Notes: generated by a model not told the origin, from the letters alone. A stretch of DNA of 64,000 nt from Mycobacterium sp. (GCA_025965895.1 JAOPWC010000127.1:16037-80036), one strand, 5' to 3'; shown: positions 27,393-38,907, numbered from the stretch's first letter. Translations and numbers: made by a program.

Positions 27393-29912
27393 ATGACACA
27401 GCTTTCCGAGACATCGACAAACGGGCGCGACAACGGCCGGCGTTCGCCGGCGCCCACCCTGGTGGTGGTGGGCAACGGGATGGCAGGTGTCCGCGCTGTG
27501 GAAGAGATCCTGGGCCGCTCCGGCGGCGAGCGCTTCGACATCACGGTCTTCGGCGACGAGCCGTACGGAAACTACAACCGCATTCTGTTGTCCAACGTGC
27601 TCGCCGGGTCCGACGACACGTCCGAGATCTACCTCAACCCGATGGACTGGTACGCCGACAACAACGTCGACCTGCGTGCCGGAGTGCGGGTGGTGCGGCT
27701 CGACCGGTTCGCCCACCTGGTCCACGCCGACGACGGAACCACCATTCGCTACGACAAACTGGTCCTCGCCACCGGCAGCCGGTCGTTCTTCCCGCCCATG
27801 GACGGCATGTGGCGCGACAACAAGAACCTGATCCGCGGGGTGTTCGGGTTCCGCAGCCTCGACGACTGCGAGTCGATGGTCGAGTTCTCCAACGGCCGTT
27901 CCAAAGCCGTCGTGATCGGTGGCGGCCTGCTCGGCCTGGAAGCCGCGCGCGGACTGCAGAACCGGGGTTTGCAGGTCGACGTGGTGCACGCGTCCGACAC
28001 GTTGATGAACGCCCAACTCGACGACAACGGCGGTGCCATCCTGCGACGCTCCGTCGAAGGGCTGGGCATCAGTGTGCACACCGCGAAACGAACCACCAGG
28101 GTCCTCGCCGGCGACGGCGCGATCGTCGGGATCGAGTTCTCCGACGGCACCCGACTGGAGTGCGACATGTTGGTGGTGGCGGCCGGAATCCGGCCCAATG
28201 TGGGGTTGGCGCAGCGCGCCGGATTGACGGTGGAGCGCGCGATCGTCGTCGACGATCACATGCGTTCCATCGATGACGACGACATTTACGTGGTCGGTGA
28301 ATGCGCCCAGCACCGCGGCCAGGTGTACGGACTTGTCGCGCCGCTGTGGGAGCAGGCGACGGTGCTGGCGGGTCATCTGACCGGCGCCGATCCCGCGGCG
28401 GCCTATCACGGGTCGCGGACAGCGACCAAGCTGAAAGTCGCAGGAGTGGACGTGGCCGCCATGGGACTGAAAGCACCCGAGCGCGACGACGACGAGTTCG
28501 TGCAGTACTCCGAGCCGAAACACGGCGTGTACAAGACCGTCGTGGTGCGCAACGACAAACTCGTCGGCGCCACGCTGGTCGGTGATGTCAGCAAGGTTGC
28601 GTTTTTGATGCAGGCCTTCGACCGCGGGCTTCCGCTTCCGGCCGAACGCATTTCGCTGATGTTCGATATCGGCACCCCCGACGTGGCGGTCGGCGCCGCC
28701 GAGCTGGCCGACGACGCCCAGGTGTGCAACTGCAACGGGGTGAACAAGGCGACGATCGTCGACCGCGTGAAGGGCGGCGAGAAATCCGTCAGCGGGGTGA
28801 TGGCCGCCACCCGGGCAGGAAAAGGTTGTGGATCGTGCAAGGGCCTCGTGGCGCAGATCGTGGAGTGGGCCGCCGGTGGGGCGGTGTCCGAGGATCCGTC
28901 CGCAAACTGGTACGTACCCGGAGTCCCCTACGAGAAGCCGGAATTGATGCGCCTGATCCGTGAGCTGAACCTGCGTTCGGTGTCGTCGGTGTTCGCGTCG
29001 CTGGCGCCGGACGGCCGTGAGGACGCCGGCTCGAAGATGGCATTGTCTTCGTTGCTACACATGATGTGGGGCGACGAGTTCGTCGACGAACGTGACGGCC
29101 GATTCATCAACGACCGCGTACACGCCAACATTCAGCGGGATGGCACGTTCTCGGTGGTGCCGCAGATGAAGGGCGGGGTGACCAACCCGGATCAGTTGCG
29201 CAAGATCGCCGACGTCGCCGACAAGTACCAGATCCCGATGATCAAACTGACCGGGGGCCAACGCATCGATCTGCTCGGCGTGCGCAAGGAAGACCTTCCC
29301 GCGGTCTGGGCCGACCTCGGGATGCCGTCGGGATATGCCTACGGCAAAAGCTTCCGAACCGTGAAAACCTGTGTGGGAAGCGACTTCTGCCGCTACGGGG
29401 TCGGCGACTCGACTGCGCTGGGCATCGCTATCGAAGAACGATTCCAGGGCATACCCAGCCCGGGCAAGATGAAGCTGGCGGTGACCGGGTGTCCGCGCAA
29501 CTGCGCCGAGGCGCTGTGCAAAGACCTCGGCGTCGTCGCGATCGAAGGCGGCCGCTGGGAAATCTACGTCGGAGGCGCCGCCGGCTCACACGTCCGCAAG
29601 GGTGACCTGCTTACCACCGTGGACTCCGCCGAGGAGGTCGTCACACTCACCGGCCGCTTCCTGCAGTACTACCGGGAGAACGCGAACTGGCTCGAGCGCA
29701 CGTACGCGTTCGTGCCGCGGGTCGGCATCGAGAAGATCCGTGCCGTCGTGGTGGACGACAGCGAAGGTGTCGCCGCCGAACTGGAGGCCCGGATGCAACG
29801 GTCGGTCGATTCCTACCGCGACCCGTGGCAAGACGGTCAATCCCCCGCCACGGCCGGGCAGTTCCGTACCTCGCTGCCGCTGATCCCGCTACCGCAGGTG
29901 CCTGTGCGATGA
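27393..29912 (+). CDS. nirB: NAD(P)H-nitrite reductase large subunit
   Basis: 839 aa. FAD/NAD folds (VVVGNGMAG, AVVIGGGLLGLEAA). BFD-like 2Fe-2S (CNCNGV...GCGSCK). Sirohaem/4Fe-4S (CVGSDFCRYG...TGCPRNCAE). Confidence 0.95.
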   Translation: MTQLSETSTNGRDNGRRSPAPTLVVVGNGMAGVRAVEEILGRSGGERFDITVFGDEPYGNYNRILLSNVLAGSDDTSEIYLNPMDWYADNNVDLRAGVRVVRLDRFAHLVHADDGTTIRYDKLVLATGSRSFFPPMDGMWRDNKNLIRGVFGFRSLDDCESMVEFSNGRSKAVVIGGGLLGLEAARGLQNRGLQVDVVHASDTLMNAQLDDNGGAILRRSVEGLGISVHTAKRTTRVLAGDGAIVGIEFSDGTRLECDMLVVAAGIRPNVGLAQRAGLTVERAIVVDDHMRSIDDDDIYVVGECAQHRGQVYGLVAPLWEQATVLAGHLTGADPAAAYHGSRTATKLKVAGVDVAAMGLKAPERDDDEFVQYSEPKHGVYKTVVVRNDKLVGATLVGDVSKVAFLMQAFDRGLPLPAERISLMFDIGTPDVAVGAAELADDAQVCNCNGVNKATIVDRVKGGEKSVSGVMAATRAGKGCGSCKGLVAQIVEWAAGGAVSEDPSANWYVPGVPYEKPELMRLIRELNLRSVSSVFASLAPDGREDAGSKMALSSLLHMMWGDEFVDERDGRFINDRVHANIQRDGTFSVVPQMKGGVTNPDQLRKIADVADKYQIPMIKLTGGQRIDLLGVRKEDLPAVWADLGMPSGYAYGKSFRTVKTCVGSDFCRYGVGDSTALGIAIEERFQGIPSPGKMKLAVTGCPRNCAEALCKDLGVVAIEGGRWEIYVGGAAGSHVRKGDLLTTVDSAEEVVTLTGRFLQYYRENANWLERTYAFVPRVGIEKIRAVVVDDSEGVAAELEARMQRSVDSYRDPWQDGQSPATAGQFRTSLPLIPLPQVPVR

Positions 29913-30235
29913 GCGAGGTCACGTTGGGTCGGGCAGACGACATCCCGGTGGGGGAGGGCCGCGCGTACGCGCTCGGGGGCCGGCAGATCGCCGTGTTCCG
30001 GCTGCGGGACGGATCGTTTCGCGCGCTCGATGCCGTCTGCCCGCACCGCGGCGGACCGCTGGCCGACGGCCTCGCCGACGACCGCGTGGTGATCTGCCCG
30101 CTGCACAACTACACCTACGACCTCGTCACCGGATGCGAGGTGGCCAACGGCGGCGCCGCCGTGGCCGCCTACCGGGCACACGTCGACGCCGCCGGAGCGC
30201 TGCGGCTCCGCGTCGACGCTGACGTCCATGCCTGA
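29909..30235 (+). CDS. nirD: Nitrite reductase small subunit (Rieske-like)
   Basis: ATGA overlap with nirB. CPHRGGPL...CPLHNY. Confidence 0.9.
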   Translation: MSEVTLGRADDIPVGEGRAYALGGRQIAVFRLRDGSFRALDAVCPHRGGPLADGLADDRVVICPLHNYTYDLVTGCEVANGGAAVAAYRAHVDAAGALRLRVDADVHA

Positions 30236-30300
30236 GCACCATTAGCGCAACGGCGCGCTTCGCTGTCCCTCCGAAGACCGACCACCCCCAGGAGGCCGCC

Positions 30301-31794
30301 ATGACGGCTCAACCCGTAACCACCGTCACCACAGCACCGCCGGCGTCGCGGCTGCGTCGGCGCGGCCATCGCATCTCCGGGTGGGACCCCGAGGATGTCA
30401 CCGCGTGGAAAGCCGGCGGTGCGAAAGTTGCCCGGCGCAACCTCATCTGGTCGATTTTCGCTGAACACATCGGCTTTTCGGTGTGGTCGATCTGGTCGGT
30501 GATGGTGCTGTTCATGCCGCAGAACGTCTACCACATCGACGCCGCGGGCAAGTTCTTCCTGGTGGCCATGCCGACTTTGGTCGGAGCAGTGTTGCGGTTG
30601 CCGTACACCACCGCAGTCGCCCGATTCGGCGGTCGAAACTGGACGATCGTCAGCGCACTGTTGCTGCTGCTGCCGCTGATCTTGACGTGGTATTTCATGC
30701 TGCGGCCGCCTACGTCGTACACCACCTTCATGATCCTTGCCGCGTTGGCGGGGTTCGGCGGGGGCAACTTCGCCTCGTCGATGACCAACATCAACGCGTT
30801 CTACCCTCAGCGGCTCAAGGGCTGGGCGCTCGGCCTCAACGCCGGCGGCGGCAACATCGGCGTGCCGGTGATCCAGCTTGTCGGGCTGCTGGTGATCGCC
30901 ACCGCCGGTGTTCGTCGGCCCGAGCTGGTGTGCATTGCCTATCTGGTCCTGGTCGTGATCGCAGCGCTGGGTGCGGCGTTGTTCATGGACAACCTCGACA
31001 ACCAAACCTCCAACGGTGCAGCCATGCTGGGGGTGCTGCGGTTCTCCGACTCCTGGGTGATTGCGTTCCTCTACATCGGTACGTTCGGGTCATTCATCGG
31101 CTACAGCTTCGCGTTCGGGCAGGTGCTGCAGATCAACTTCCTGACCACACCGGGCACCACTGCGGCCGCAGCGTCACTGCACGCCGCCCAAATAGCTTTT
31201 CTCGGTCCACTTCTCGGTTCGCTGAGCCGGCCGCTGGGAGGGCTGCTGGCCGACCGGATCGGCGGTGCGAAGATCACGATGTGGTGCTTTGTCGCGATGG
31301 CGCTTGCCGCGGGGGTGCTCGTCGCAGCCGGCACCCGTCAAGATGCCCACAGCGGCAAGATCAGCACCGGCATCATGGTGACCTACGTCGTCGGGTTCAT
31401 CGCACTGTTCGTCATCTCCGGAATCGGCAACGGCTCCGTGTACAAGATGATCCCGTTGACGTTCGCAACGAAGTCGCTTGACCTGAAGGACGTTTCATCG
31501 GTCGAGGCTGCGAATTGGGCGCGCTCGAGGTCGGGGGCGTTGATCGGCATCGCCGGCGCGATCGGGGCCCTCGGCGGGGTCGGGATCAACATCGTCTTGC
31601 GCGCCTCCTATGCGGGAGCCGACAAGTCGGCCACGATGGCGTTATGGGTCTTCCTGGCGTTCTATCTGGTGTGTCTTGCGGTCACCTGGAGCGTCTTTGT
31701 GCGACGCATGGTGCCTACCGGCGCCCGACTCGCTTCTGATGCCACCGCAGGCGGAGCAACAGAAGCCGACGGTGTGCCTCGAAGCCAAGGATGA
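30301..31794 (+). CDS. narK: MFS nitrate/nitrite transporter
   Basis: 497 aa, 12 TM. AGGAGG SD. Cluster context. Confidence 0.88.
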   Translation: MTAQPVTTVTTAPPASRLRRRGHRISGWDPEDVTAWKAGGAKVARRNLIWSIFAEHIGFSVWSIWSVMVLFMPQNVYHIDAAGKFFLVAMPTLVGAVLRLPYTTAVARFGGRNWTIVSALLLLLPLILTWYFMLRPPTSYTTFMILAALAGFGGGNFASSMTNINAFYPQRLKGWALGLNAGGGNIGVPVIQLVGLLVIATAGVRRPELVCIAYLVLVVIAALGAALFMDNLDNQTSNGAAMLGVLRFSDSWVIAFLYIGTFGSFIGYSFAFGQVLQINFLTTPGTTAAAASLHAAQIAFLGPLLGSLSRPLGGLLADRIGGAKITMWCFVAMALAAGVLVAAGTRQDAHSGKISTGIMVTYVVGFIALFVISGIGNGSVYKMIPLTFATKSLDLKDVSSVEAANWARSRSGALIGIAGAIGALGGVGINIVLRASYAGADKSATMALWVFLAFYLVCLAVTWSVFVRRMVPTGARLASDATAGGATEADGVPRSQG

Positions 31795-31805
31795 AAGGGT
31801 CGTAC

Positions 31806-31822
31806 CGCGGCCGTAGGCCGCG
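31806..31822. terminator. Short GC hairpin CGCGGCC-GTA-GGCCGCG between convergent narK and the DMT transporter
   Basis: Perfect 7-bp stem 12 nt after the narK stop. No U-tract, which is common in mycobacteria. Confidence 0.35.
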
Positions 31823-31914
31823 CCTGGCTTCAGACCTCATGATCATGATAGTTCTACTGTCGCACGCCCGTTCGCTATTGCCACGCGACGCGCCGGGTTC
31901 GACGGCAGATGCCG

Positions 31915-32805
31915 CTACGGTGAGCGCTGCGCCACCGCTGCTTCGAGCTGTTCTTCGTAGGCGCCTTCTTCCCGACCAAGTGCGATCGCGGCTGCCGCCA
32001 TCCCGACGACAGCGATGAGCAGCGCCACGGCGGCGACGCCGGACACGGCAAGGTGCTCCCCGAGAACGAACGTGCCGAGGGCAACGGCAACCAACGGCTC
32101 GAGCACCAGCATCGTCGGTACCGACACCTGCAGCGCACCGGCATGAAACGCGGACTGCTGCAACATCGTCGCCAGCACCGCGAGCACGACGAGCAGGTAC
32201 GGCGCGGGGATCTTCAGCGTCGCGAACAGACCCTCGTCGGCCAGCTTGTGCATGGTGATCTTGGTCAACACCGCAACGACGCCGAACAGCACGGCCACGG
32301 CGGCGGCGAGTAGGACCGCTCGCTGCCGCCCCGAAGTGCGCACGGCGAAAGCCACGCACAGCACGACCAGCGGTGCTATCACCACTGTCGCGGCACTCCA
32401 TGCCGCGAGCTGCGAGTGCGGGTGACCGGGGCGTGCCTGTGCCACCACCACGAACACCGCCAACGCGATGGTCAGCATCAGCGCCCACGCCCATTCCCTG
32501 GCGGTGACCCGTCGGTGCGCCAACCAGGCGCTGAGCGGCAATGCGAACAACAGCGACGAAACCAGCAAGGGCTGCACCAACAGCAGCGAGCCGTGTGTCA
32601 ACGCCAGTGCCTGGCACGCGTACCCGGCGATACTCGCGGCGGTGCCGGCCCACCACAGTCGGTTGCGCACGAGCGTCGCCAGCATCGCGGTACTCACACC
32701 CTGCTCGTGCGGCACTTCGACGGTGGCCCGCTGCCTGACCACTATGCCGATCGCCGAACACACCGCGGCGAGCAGCGCCAGCAGCACGACCAGACCCTGC
32801 GGCAT
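31915..32805 (-). CDS. DMT/EamA-family transporter
   Basis: About 10 TM helices. Start set at MPQGLVV. Confidence 0.7.
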   Translation of the reverse strand: MPQGLVVLLALLAAVCSAIGIVVRQRATVEVPHEQGVSTAMLATLVRNRLWWAGTAASIAGYACQALALTHGSLLLVQPLLVSSLLFALPLSAWLAHRRVTAREWAWALMLTIALAVFVVVAQARPGHPHSQLAAWSAATVVIAPLVVLCVAFAVRTSGRQRAVLLAAAVAVLFGVVAVLTKITMHKLADEGLFATLKIPAPYLLVVLAVLATMLQQSAFHAGALQVSVPTMLVLEPLVAVALGTFVLGEHLAVSGVAAVALLIAVVGMAAAAIALGREEGAYEEQLEAAVAQRSP

Positions 32806-32879
32806 CACACCACCGTACGGATCTCCGGTACCCAAGCTGCCCGCTCCAAGGTAAGCCAGGTAACCCCTATCGTTGAGCT

Positions 32880-33851
32880 GTGAGCGCGGATGCGCGGGCG
32901 GACTTGGTGTGTGAAGGCGGCGGTGTCCGGGGGATCGGTCTGGTCGGTGCGATTCACGCGCTCGCGGCCGCCGGCTACGAATTCCCGCGGGTTGCGGGAT
33001 CCAGCGCCGGTGCGGTCATCGCATCCATGGTAGCGGCGCTGCAGGTCGCGGGCGAGCCGCTGAGCCGCCTGGACGAACTGGCGCGCAGGCTCGTTTACCG
33101 CAAGTTCGCCGACCCCGGCTTCTTGGCACGCATCCCGGTAGTCGGCGGGGCGTTGTCGCTGCTCACGACCAACGGGATCTACCAGGGCAACTATCTGGAG
33201 AAGCTGCTGACCGGCCTGCTCGGCGACCTGGGCGTGCGCACGTTCGGTGATCTGCGCACCAGCGATCGGCAACAGCAGTACGCGTGGTCGCTGGTGGTCA
33301 CCGCGAGCGATTTGTCACGACGCCGTTTGGTGCGCATCCCGTGGGACCTCGGCTCCTACGGGATCGACCCCAACGAGTTCCCGGTAGCCCGTGCGGTCCG
33401 GGCGTCCGCCGCCGTGCCGTACGTGTTCGCACCGGTTCACGTCGGCGGTTCGACCTGGGTTGACGGCGGTCTGCTGTCCAACTTCCCGGTGCAGCTGTTC
33501 GACCGCCGCGACGGGATGCGCCCCCGCTGGCCGACGTTCGGCATCCGGCTCAGCGTCCGCCCCGGCATCCCCCCGACCCACCCGGTGCACGGTCCGGTGT
33601 CGCTCGGCATCGCGGCGGTCGAGACGTTGCTGAGCGCTCAGGACGCGGCCTACATCGACGATCCGTGCACAGTGCATCGCACGGTCTTCGTGCCCGCACT
33701 GGACGTCAGTCCGCTCGACTTCAACATCTCGCCGACGGAGCAACAGGCGCTCTACGGCCGCGGAGTCCAGGCCGGGGAGAAGTTCCTCTCGTCGTGGAGT
33801 TTTCCCGACTACATGGCGCAGTGCGGCGATCCGGCGGCGCGCGGGACCTAG
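32880..33851 (+). CDS. Patatin-like phospholipase
   Basis: GGGVRGIGLVGA (oxyanion) and the AGSSAG nucleophile elbow (GxSxG). DGG near the C-terminus. Confidence 0.88.
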   Translation: MSADARADLVCEGGGVRGIGLVGAIHALAAAGYEFPRVAGSSAGAVIASMVAALQVAGEPLSRLDELARRLVYRKFADPGFLARIPVVGGALSLLTTNGIYQGNYLEKLLTGLLGDLGVRTFGDLRTSDRQQQYAWSLVVTASDLSRRRLVRIPWDLGSYGIDPNEFPVARAVRASAAVPYVFAPVHVGGSTWVDGGLLSNFPVQLFDRRDGMRPRWPTFGIRLSVRPGIPPTHPVHGPVSLGIAAVETLLSAQDAAYIDDPCTVHRTVFVPALDVSPLDFNISPTEQQALYGRGVQAGEKFLSSWSFPDYMAQCGDPAARGT

Positions 33852-34564
33852 CTCGCGGTCGGGTTCGCTTTGTCGACGAGGTCCTGCGCGAGCTGGATCA
33901 GCCGGACGTTGGAATCTTGCGACAGCTTCTTGAGCATCTCGAACGCCTGGACCGCGCCGATCGCGTACCGCTCCATGATCATGCCTTTGGCCTGGCCGAT
34001 CGTGTCCCGGCTGGCCAGTGCCTGGCGGAACTGTTCGTCGCGGCGCGCCGAATTCCATGCCACCGCCGAGTGAGTCGCGAAGATCAGCCCGATTTCTTCG
34101 CTCTCCTTGTCGAAGGCATTCGGTTCCTCGGCGTACACGTTCAGTGCGCCCATTGACTCGTCAGCGATGAACAGTTGAAACGCCATGATCGCGCGGACCG
34201 GCGTCTCGGCGAGCGCGTCGCGCCGATACCCCGGCCATCGGAAATCCTTCGTCAGATCGGCGATGTAAATCGTGTTGTGCTCCCAGGCCGACGCCAGGCA
34301 CGGCCCCTGCTGGTGGCGCTGCTGAATAACGTCCAGCATGATCGCGTACCTGTGGGTCGCGGCGGGAGTGTCAACGGTCTTGTTGTTGGTCGTGACGGTC
34401 ACGCCCGCGTACTGCGCCGCGGGAATCTCCACCACCGCGTATTCGGCCAACTCGGCGATGACGGTGTCGGAGTCGATCGCCGGGCGGTCGTGCAGCGACC
34501 GGACGATATCCGCGATGCGGCGATGGGAGGCGCGCGTGTCCACCTGATCGCTCACCTGCATCAT
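33848..34564 (-). CDS. GAF + ANTAR RNA-binding antiterminator-type regulator
   Basis: C-terminal ANTAR: LASRDTIGQAKGMIMERYAIGAVQAFEMLKKLSQDSNVRLIQLAQDLV. GAF N-terminal half. Confidence 0.85.
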   Translation of the reverse strand: MMQVSDQVDTRASHRRIADIVRSLHDRPAIDSDTVIAELAEYAVVEIPAAQYAGVTVTTNNKTVDTPAATHRYAIMLDVIQQRHQQGPCLASAWEHNTIYIADLTKDFRWPGYRRDALAETPVRAIMAFQLFIADESMGALNVYAEEPNAFDKESEEIGLIFATHSAVAWNSARRDEQFRQALASRDTIGQAKGMIMERYAIGAVQAFEMLKKLSQDSNVRLIQLAQDLVDKANPTAS

Positions 34565-34714
34565 CCTGTCTCGAACCGACACGTTGCCCGTTGACGCTAC
34601 GCGGTGAACCGGCACGCCGCCGGTTATTGGCTTCGCCGACGATGGTCAGCCCCTGATCCGATCTGCAACGCCGGCGCTGATCTTCACGCTCCGTGGGGAC
34701 CAGGAAACGCTCGC

Positions 34715-35212
34715 TTAGACCGCAGACAAGTACCGCCTCGTGACGACGCGCTGCACCAACGACGTCAGAGGCGCCGCGGCCTTGCTCCACCATGTCGCGT
34801 GCCGGGAGAACGCCGTCACCTCCGCACGGACCTCGTCGCTGACGGGGTCGTAGCGCACCGCGAATTTCTCCTCGCCGGACTCGGCGTGCCCGCGCAGCGT
34901 GCCGTAGGCGAATCCGCGCTCGTTGTCGTCGTCGATGACGTAGACCACCCGCGACGGCGCGGAAACCGGGCCCAGCCGGACAACGACCACCGAACCGACG
35001 TCGGCGACCTCTGTGCTGGCCGTCACACCGAGGCCGGCGCCCCGCAGCATGCCCCACCGCATGACCTTCGCGGCCGCCGACTCGAACCGGTCGCGACCCC
35101 GCCCGATGACAGCTGACTCGCGGACGTGGTGATACCCGCCCGGCAGCTCGTGTGCGGTCGCGCCGACCTCTGCGTAGGTGAAAGCCATGTCGGCGAGACC
35201 GGCCAGGTCCAT
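34715..35212 (-). CDS. DUF1990-family protein
   Basis: FTYAEVGAT...LPGGYHH...[18 protein letters not shown]. Confidence 0.7.
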   Translation of the reverse strand: MDLAGLADMAFTYAEVGATAHELPGGYHHVRESAVIGRGRDRFESAAAKVMRWGMLRGAGLGVTASTEVADVGSVVVVRLGPVSAPSRVVYVIDDDNERGFAYGTLRGHAESGEEKFAVRYDPVSDEVRAEVTAFSRHATWWSKAAAPLTSLVQRVVTRRYLSAV

Positions 35213-35252
35213 CAGCGTGCCTCCAGGTTGTGGTCGGCGTACGGTCATCAAA

Positions 35253-36125
35253 ATGACCACACCAGGTGTCGCTCAAGCATCAGGCACACTCACTCTTGGC
35301 GGCGACCTCACCGTCAACCGGCTCGGATTCGGTGCTATGCGGTTGACCGGCAAGGGTGTTTGGGGCCCGCCCGACGACCACGACGAGTGCATCCGCGTGC
35401 TGCGGCGCGCGGTCGAACTCGGGGTCAACTTCATCGACACCGCCGACTCCTACGGCCCGTACGTCTCCGAGGAATTGATCCACGAGGCGTTGCACCCGTA
35501 TCCGGACGGCCTTGTCATCGCCACCAAAGCCGGCTTCGTGCGTACCGGGCCGGATGAGTGGTCCCCGCTCGGCTTTCCGCCCTATCTGCGCCAGGAGTGC
35601 GAGATGAGCCTTCGCCGGCTGGGCGTCGAGCGCATCGATCTGTTTCAGCTGCACCGCATCGACTCGAAGTTCCCCGCGGAGGATCAGATCGGCGAGCTGG
35701 TCGCGCTTCAGCAGGAGGGCAAGATCCGCCACATCGGGCTCTCGGAAGTCAACGTCGACCAGCTCGAAGCCGCACAGAAGAGTGCGCGGATCGTCTCGGT
35801 ACAGAATATGTACAACGTGACGGCCCGCGGTGCGGAACCCGTGCTCGAGGCGTGCGAAGCCCAGGGCATCGGATTCATCCCCTGGTTCCCGCTGGCGGCC
35901 GGGCCGCTGGCCGCGCCGGGCGGGCTGCTGCAGCGCCTCGCCGAGAAGCATCACGCCACCCCGGCGCAGCTGGCGTTGGCGTGGCTGCTCAAGCGTTCGC
36001 CGGTGATGCTGCCGATCCCCGGCACGTCCAAAGTCGCCCACCTCGAGGAGAACGTGGCGGCCGTCGAGATCGAGCTGACCGACGAGGAGTTCGAGGAGTT
36101 GAGTAAAGCCGGATCTGCCGGCTGA
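35253..36125 (+). CDS. Aldo/keto reductase
   Basis: [17 protein letters not shown]...[17 protein letters not shown]. Confidence 0.9.
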   Translation: MTTPGVAQASGTLTLGGDLTVNRLGFGAMRLTGKGVWGPPDDHDECIRVLRRAVELGVNFIDTADSYGPYVSEELIHEALHPYPDGLVIATKAGFVRTGPDEWSPLGFPPYLRQECEMSLRRLGVERIDLFQLHRIDSKFPAEDQIGELVALQQEGKIRHIGLSEVNVDQLEAAQKSARIVSVQNMYNVTARGAEPVLEACEAQGIGFIPWFPLAAGPLAAPGGLLQRLAEKHHATPAQLALAWLLKRSPVMLPIPGTSKVAHLEENVAAVEIELTDEEFEELSKAGSAG

Positions 36126-36149
36126 CCCCCGGGGCCATACGGTGACCGG

Positions 36150-36779
36150 GTGGCCAGCCAACAACCCGTCGACAAACATCGTGGCGGCGGATTCAATCCG
36201 CCCGAGCCAACCACCGGTGGTGGACCGGACTACGGCAGGTTCGTCGAAGCGGTCCGCACTCTGCAGGACCACACCCGTGCGGTGGACGCACCGGACGAGG
36301 TGATCACCGAAGCCGCGGACATCCTCGAGAGGGTGTCGAAGCTCCTGGCGCCCTATGACGCCGACGAGTGGGCGTCCCCGTCCGGGCGGCGAATGGACCT
36401 GCCCAATCGCGGCAACGTCCTGCAGGTGCCGGTGCGGCTGGCCAGGACCGACGACGGCAGGATCGGGGGTGTCGCGCGCTTCCGCCGTTTTCATCTGGGC
36501 CGCAACGGCGCCGCGCATGGCGGCTCGATCTCGATGCTGTTCGACTCCATGCTGGGCTACACCGCCGCCAAACTCACTCGAAGCCTCTACCAGCGCACTG
36601 CGTACCTGCGCGTCAACTACCGCCGCATTGTGCCGATAGAAAAGGAGCTGCAGATCGACGCCGGAGTCGACCGTGTCGAGGGCCGCAAGATCTTCGTCGC
36701 GGGCCGGTTGCTGGACGGGGAAACGCTGCTGGCCGACGGGGAAGCGTTGTTCGTCAAGCTTCGCCCCGGTCAGCCATGA
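36150..36779 (+). CDS. PaaI/hotdog-fold thioesterase-like protein
   Basis: GAAHGGSISMLFDSMLG...YLRVNYRRIVP, a hot-dog pattern. Confidence 0.65.
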   Translation: MASQQPVDKHRGGGFNPPEPTTGGGPDYGRFVEAVRTLQDHTRAVDAPDEVITEAADILERVSKLLAPYDADEWASPSGRRMDLPNRGNVLQVPVRLARTDDGRIGGVARFRRFHLGRNGAAHGGSISMLFDSMLGYTAAKLTRSLYQRTAYLRVNYRRIVPIEKELQIDAGVDRVEGRKIFVAGRLLDGETLLADGEALFVKLRPGQP

Positions 36780-36852
36780 GGTGGGGTCGTGAGCCGCCGC
36801 CCCGATAGCATGGTCCGCGATTGTCCACACCCGTCAGCTTGGAGAGCCGTCG

Positions 36853-38907
36853 ATGAGCCCCGCCGGAAGTCCCGCCCCCGCAGCCCCGATCCGGGTCGCT
36901 GCCGGGACCACCGCGGGCGCGGCCGTCCGTGAGGCGGGGCTACCCGCTCGGGGCTCGTCCGACGCAATCGTCGTGGTCCGTGACGCCGGCGGACACCTGC
37001 GCGACCTGAGCTGGACGCCGGACACGGACGCCGAGGTGACGCCCGTCGCGGCGAGCACCGAGGATGGCCGCAGCGTGATCCGGCACTCGACGGCCCACGT
37101 GCTGGCGCAGGCCGTCCAAGACCTGTTCCCGCACGCCAAGCTCGGCATCGGGCCGCCGATCACCGACGGCTTCTACTACGACTTCGACGTTCCGGAGGCT
37201 TTCACGCCCGAGGATCTCAACGCGCTCGAGAAGCGGATGCGCCAGATCGTCAAGGAAGGTCAGCTCTTTTCGCGCCGGGTCTACCAGTCCAAAGACCAGG
37301 CCCGCGAAGAGCTGGCCGACGAGCCGTACAAGCTCGAGCTCGTCGACGACAAGTCCGGCGATCCCGAGGTGATGGAGGTCGGCGGCGACGAGCTGACCGC
37401 CTACGACAACCTCAATCCCCGTACCCGCGAACGCGAATGGGCCGACCTGTGCCGAGGCCCGCACATCCCGACAACCCGCTACATCCCGGCGTTCAGGCTC
37501 ACCCGCAGCTCGGCCGCGTACTGGCGCGGCGACCAGGACAACCCCAGCCTGCAACGCATCTACGGCACCGCATGGGAATCGCAGGAGGCGCTCGACCACC
37601 ACCTCGAACTCATCGAGGAGGCGCAGCGCCGCGACCACCGCAAGCTGGGCGCCGAGCTGGACCTGTTCAGCTTTCCCGACGAAATCGGTTCTGGTCTGGC
37701 GGTTTTCCACCCGAAGGGTGGCATCGTTCGCCTCGAGATGGAACAGTACTCCCGTCAGAAACACCTTGAGGCCGGCTACGAGTTTGTCAACACGCCGCAC
37801 ATCACCAAGGCGCAGCTGTTCCACACCTCCGGTCACCTGGACTGGTACGCCGACGCCATGTTTCCCCCGATGCACGTCGACGCCGAGTACAACGAGGACG
37901 GCACCGTGCGCAAGCCGGGCCAGGACTACTACCTCAAGCCGATGAACTGCCCGATGCACTGCCTGATCTACCGCGCACGTGGCCGCTCCTACCGGGAACT
38001 TCCGTTGCGGCTCTTCGAGTTCGGCACCGTGTACCGCTACGAGAAGTCCGGCGTGATCCACGGACTGACGCGGGCGCGCGGCTTCACGATGGACGACTCG
38101 CACATCTACACGACTCGTGAGCAGATGCGCGACGAGCTCACCTCACTGCTGCGGTTCGTGCTGGACCTGCTCGGCGACTACGGGCTGACGGATTTCTACC
38201 TCGAGCTCTCAACCAAGGATCCCGACAAGTTCGTCGGATCGGACGAAGCGTGGGAGGAGGCCACCGACACGCTGGCGGAGGTCGCCGCGCAGTCGGGGCT
38301 GGAGCTTGTGCCCGACCCGGGCGGGGCCGCGTTCTATGGCCCGAAGATCTCGGTGCAGGCCAGAGACGCGCTCGGCCGCACCTGGCAGATGTCGACGATC
38401 CAGCTCGACTTCAACTTCCCGGAGCGCTTCGACCTGGAGTACACCGCAGCCGACGGCACCAGGCAGCGGCCGGTGATGATCCACCGTGCGTTGTTCGGAT
38501 CGATCGAGCGGTTTTTCGGCATCCTCACCGAGCACTACGCCGGCGCGTTCCCGGCGTGGCTGGCACCGGTGCAGGTGGTCGGCATCCCGATCGCCGACGA
38601 TCACGTGCCCTATCTGGAAAGCATTGCTGCAGAGCTTAAGTCGCGAGGCATCCGGGTGGAGATCGACGCGAGCGACGATCGGATGGCCAAGAAGATCGTC
38701 AACCACACCAACCAGAAGGTGCCGTTCATGCTGCTGGCCGGCGACCGCGACGTCGAAGCCGACGCGGTGAGCTTCCGGTTCCGGGACCGCAGCCAGCTCA
38801 ACGGCGTCCCCCGGCGGGACGCGGTCGAGGCGATCGTGACCTGGGTCCGCGATCGCGAAAATGCTTCGCCGACAGCTGAATTGTTCAATCCGGGTGGCGC
38901 GAGGTGA
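36853..38907 (+). CDS. thrS: Threonine--tRNA ligase
   Basis: 684 aa. TGS, editing, class II core ([32 protein letters not shown]) and anticodon-binding domains. Confidence 0.97.
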   Translation: MSPAGSPAPAAPIRVAAGTTAGAAVREAGLPARGSSDAIVVVRDAGGHLRDLSWTPDTDAEVTPVAASTEDGRSVIRHSTAHVLAQAVQDLFPHAKLGIGPPITDGFYYDFDVPEAFTPEDLNALEKRMRQIVKEGQLFSRRVYQSKDQAREELADEPYKLELVDDKSGDPEVMEVGGDELTAYDNLNPRTREREWADLCRGPHIPTTRYIPAFRLTRSSAAYWRGDQDNPSLQRIYGTAWESQEALDHHLELIEEAQRRDHRKLGAELDLFSFPDEIGSGLAVFHPKGGIVRLEMEQYSRQKHLEAGYEFVNTPHITKAQLFHTSGHLDWYADAMFPPMHVDAEYNEDGTVRKPGQDYYLKPMNCPMHCLIYRARGRSYRELPLRLFEFGTVYRYEKSGVIHGLTRARGFTMDDSHIYTTREQMRDELTSLLRFVLDLLGDYGLTDFYLELSTKDPDKFVGSDEAWEEATDTLAEVAAQSGLELVPDPGGAAFYGPKISVQARDALGRTWQMSTIQLDFNFPERFDLEYTAADGTRQRPVMIHRALFGSIERFFGILTEHYAGAFPAWLAPVQVVGIPIADDHVPYLESIAAELKSRGIRVEIDASDDRMAKKIVNHTNQKVPFMLLAGDRDVEADAVSFRFRDRSQLNGVPRRDAVEAIVTWVRDRENASPTAELFNPGGAR

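Noticed and set aside
31837-31848. TCATGATCATGA palindrome between narK and the DMT transporter
   Set aside because: It lies between two convergent 3' ends where no operator is expected. It is probably fortuitous.
35280-36830. 516-aa minus-strand ORF
   Set aside because: It is antisense to the aldo/keto reductase and thioesterase genes. Same artefact class.
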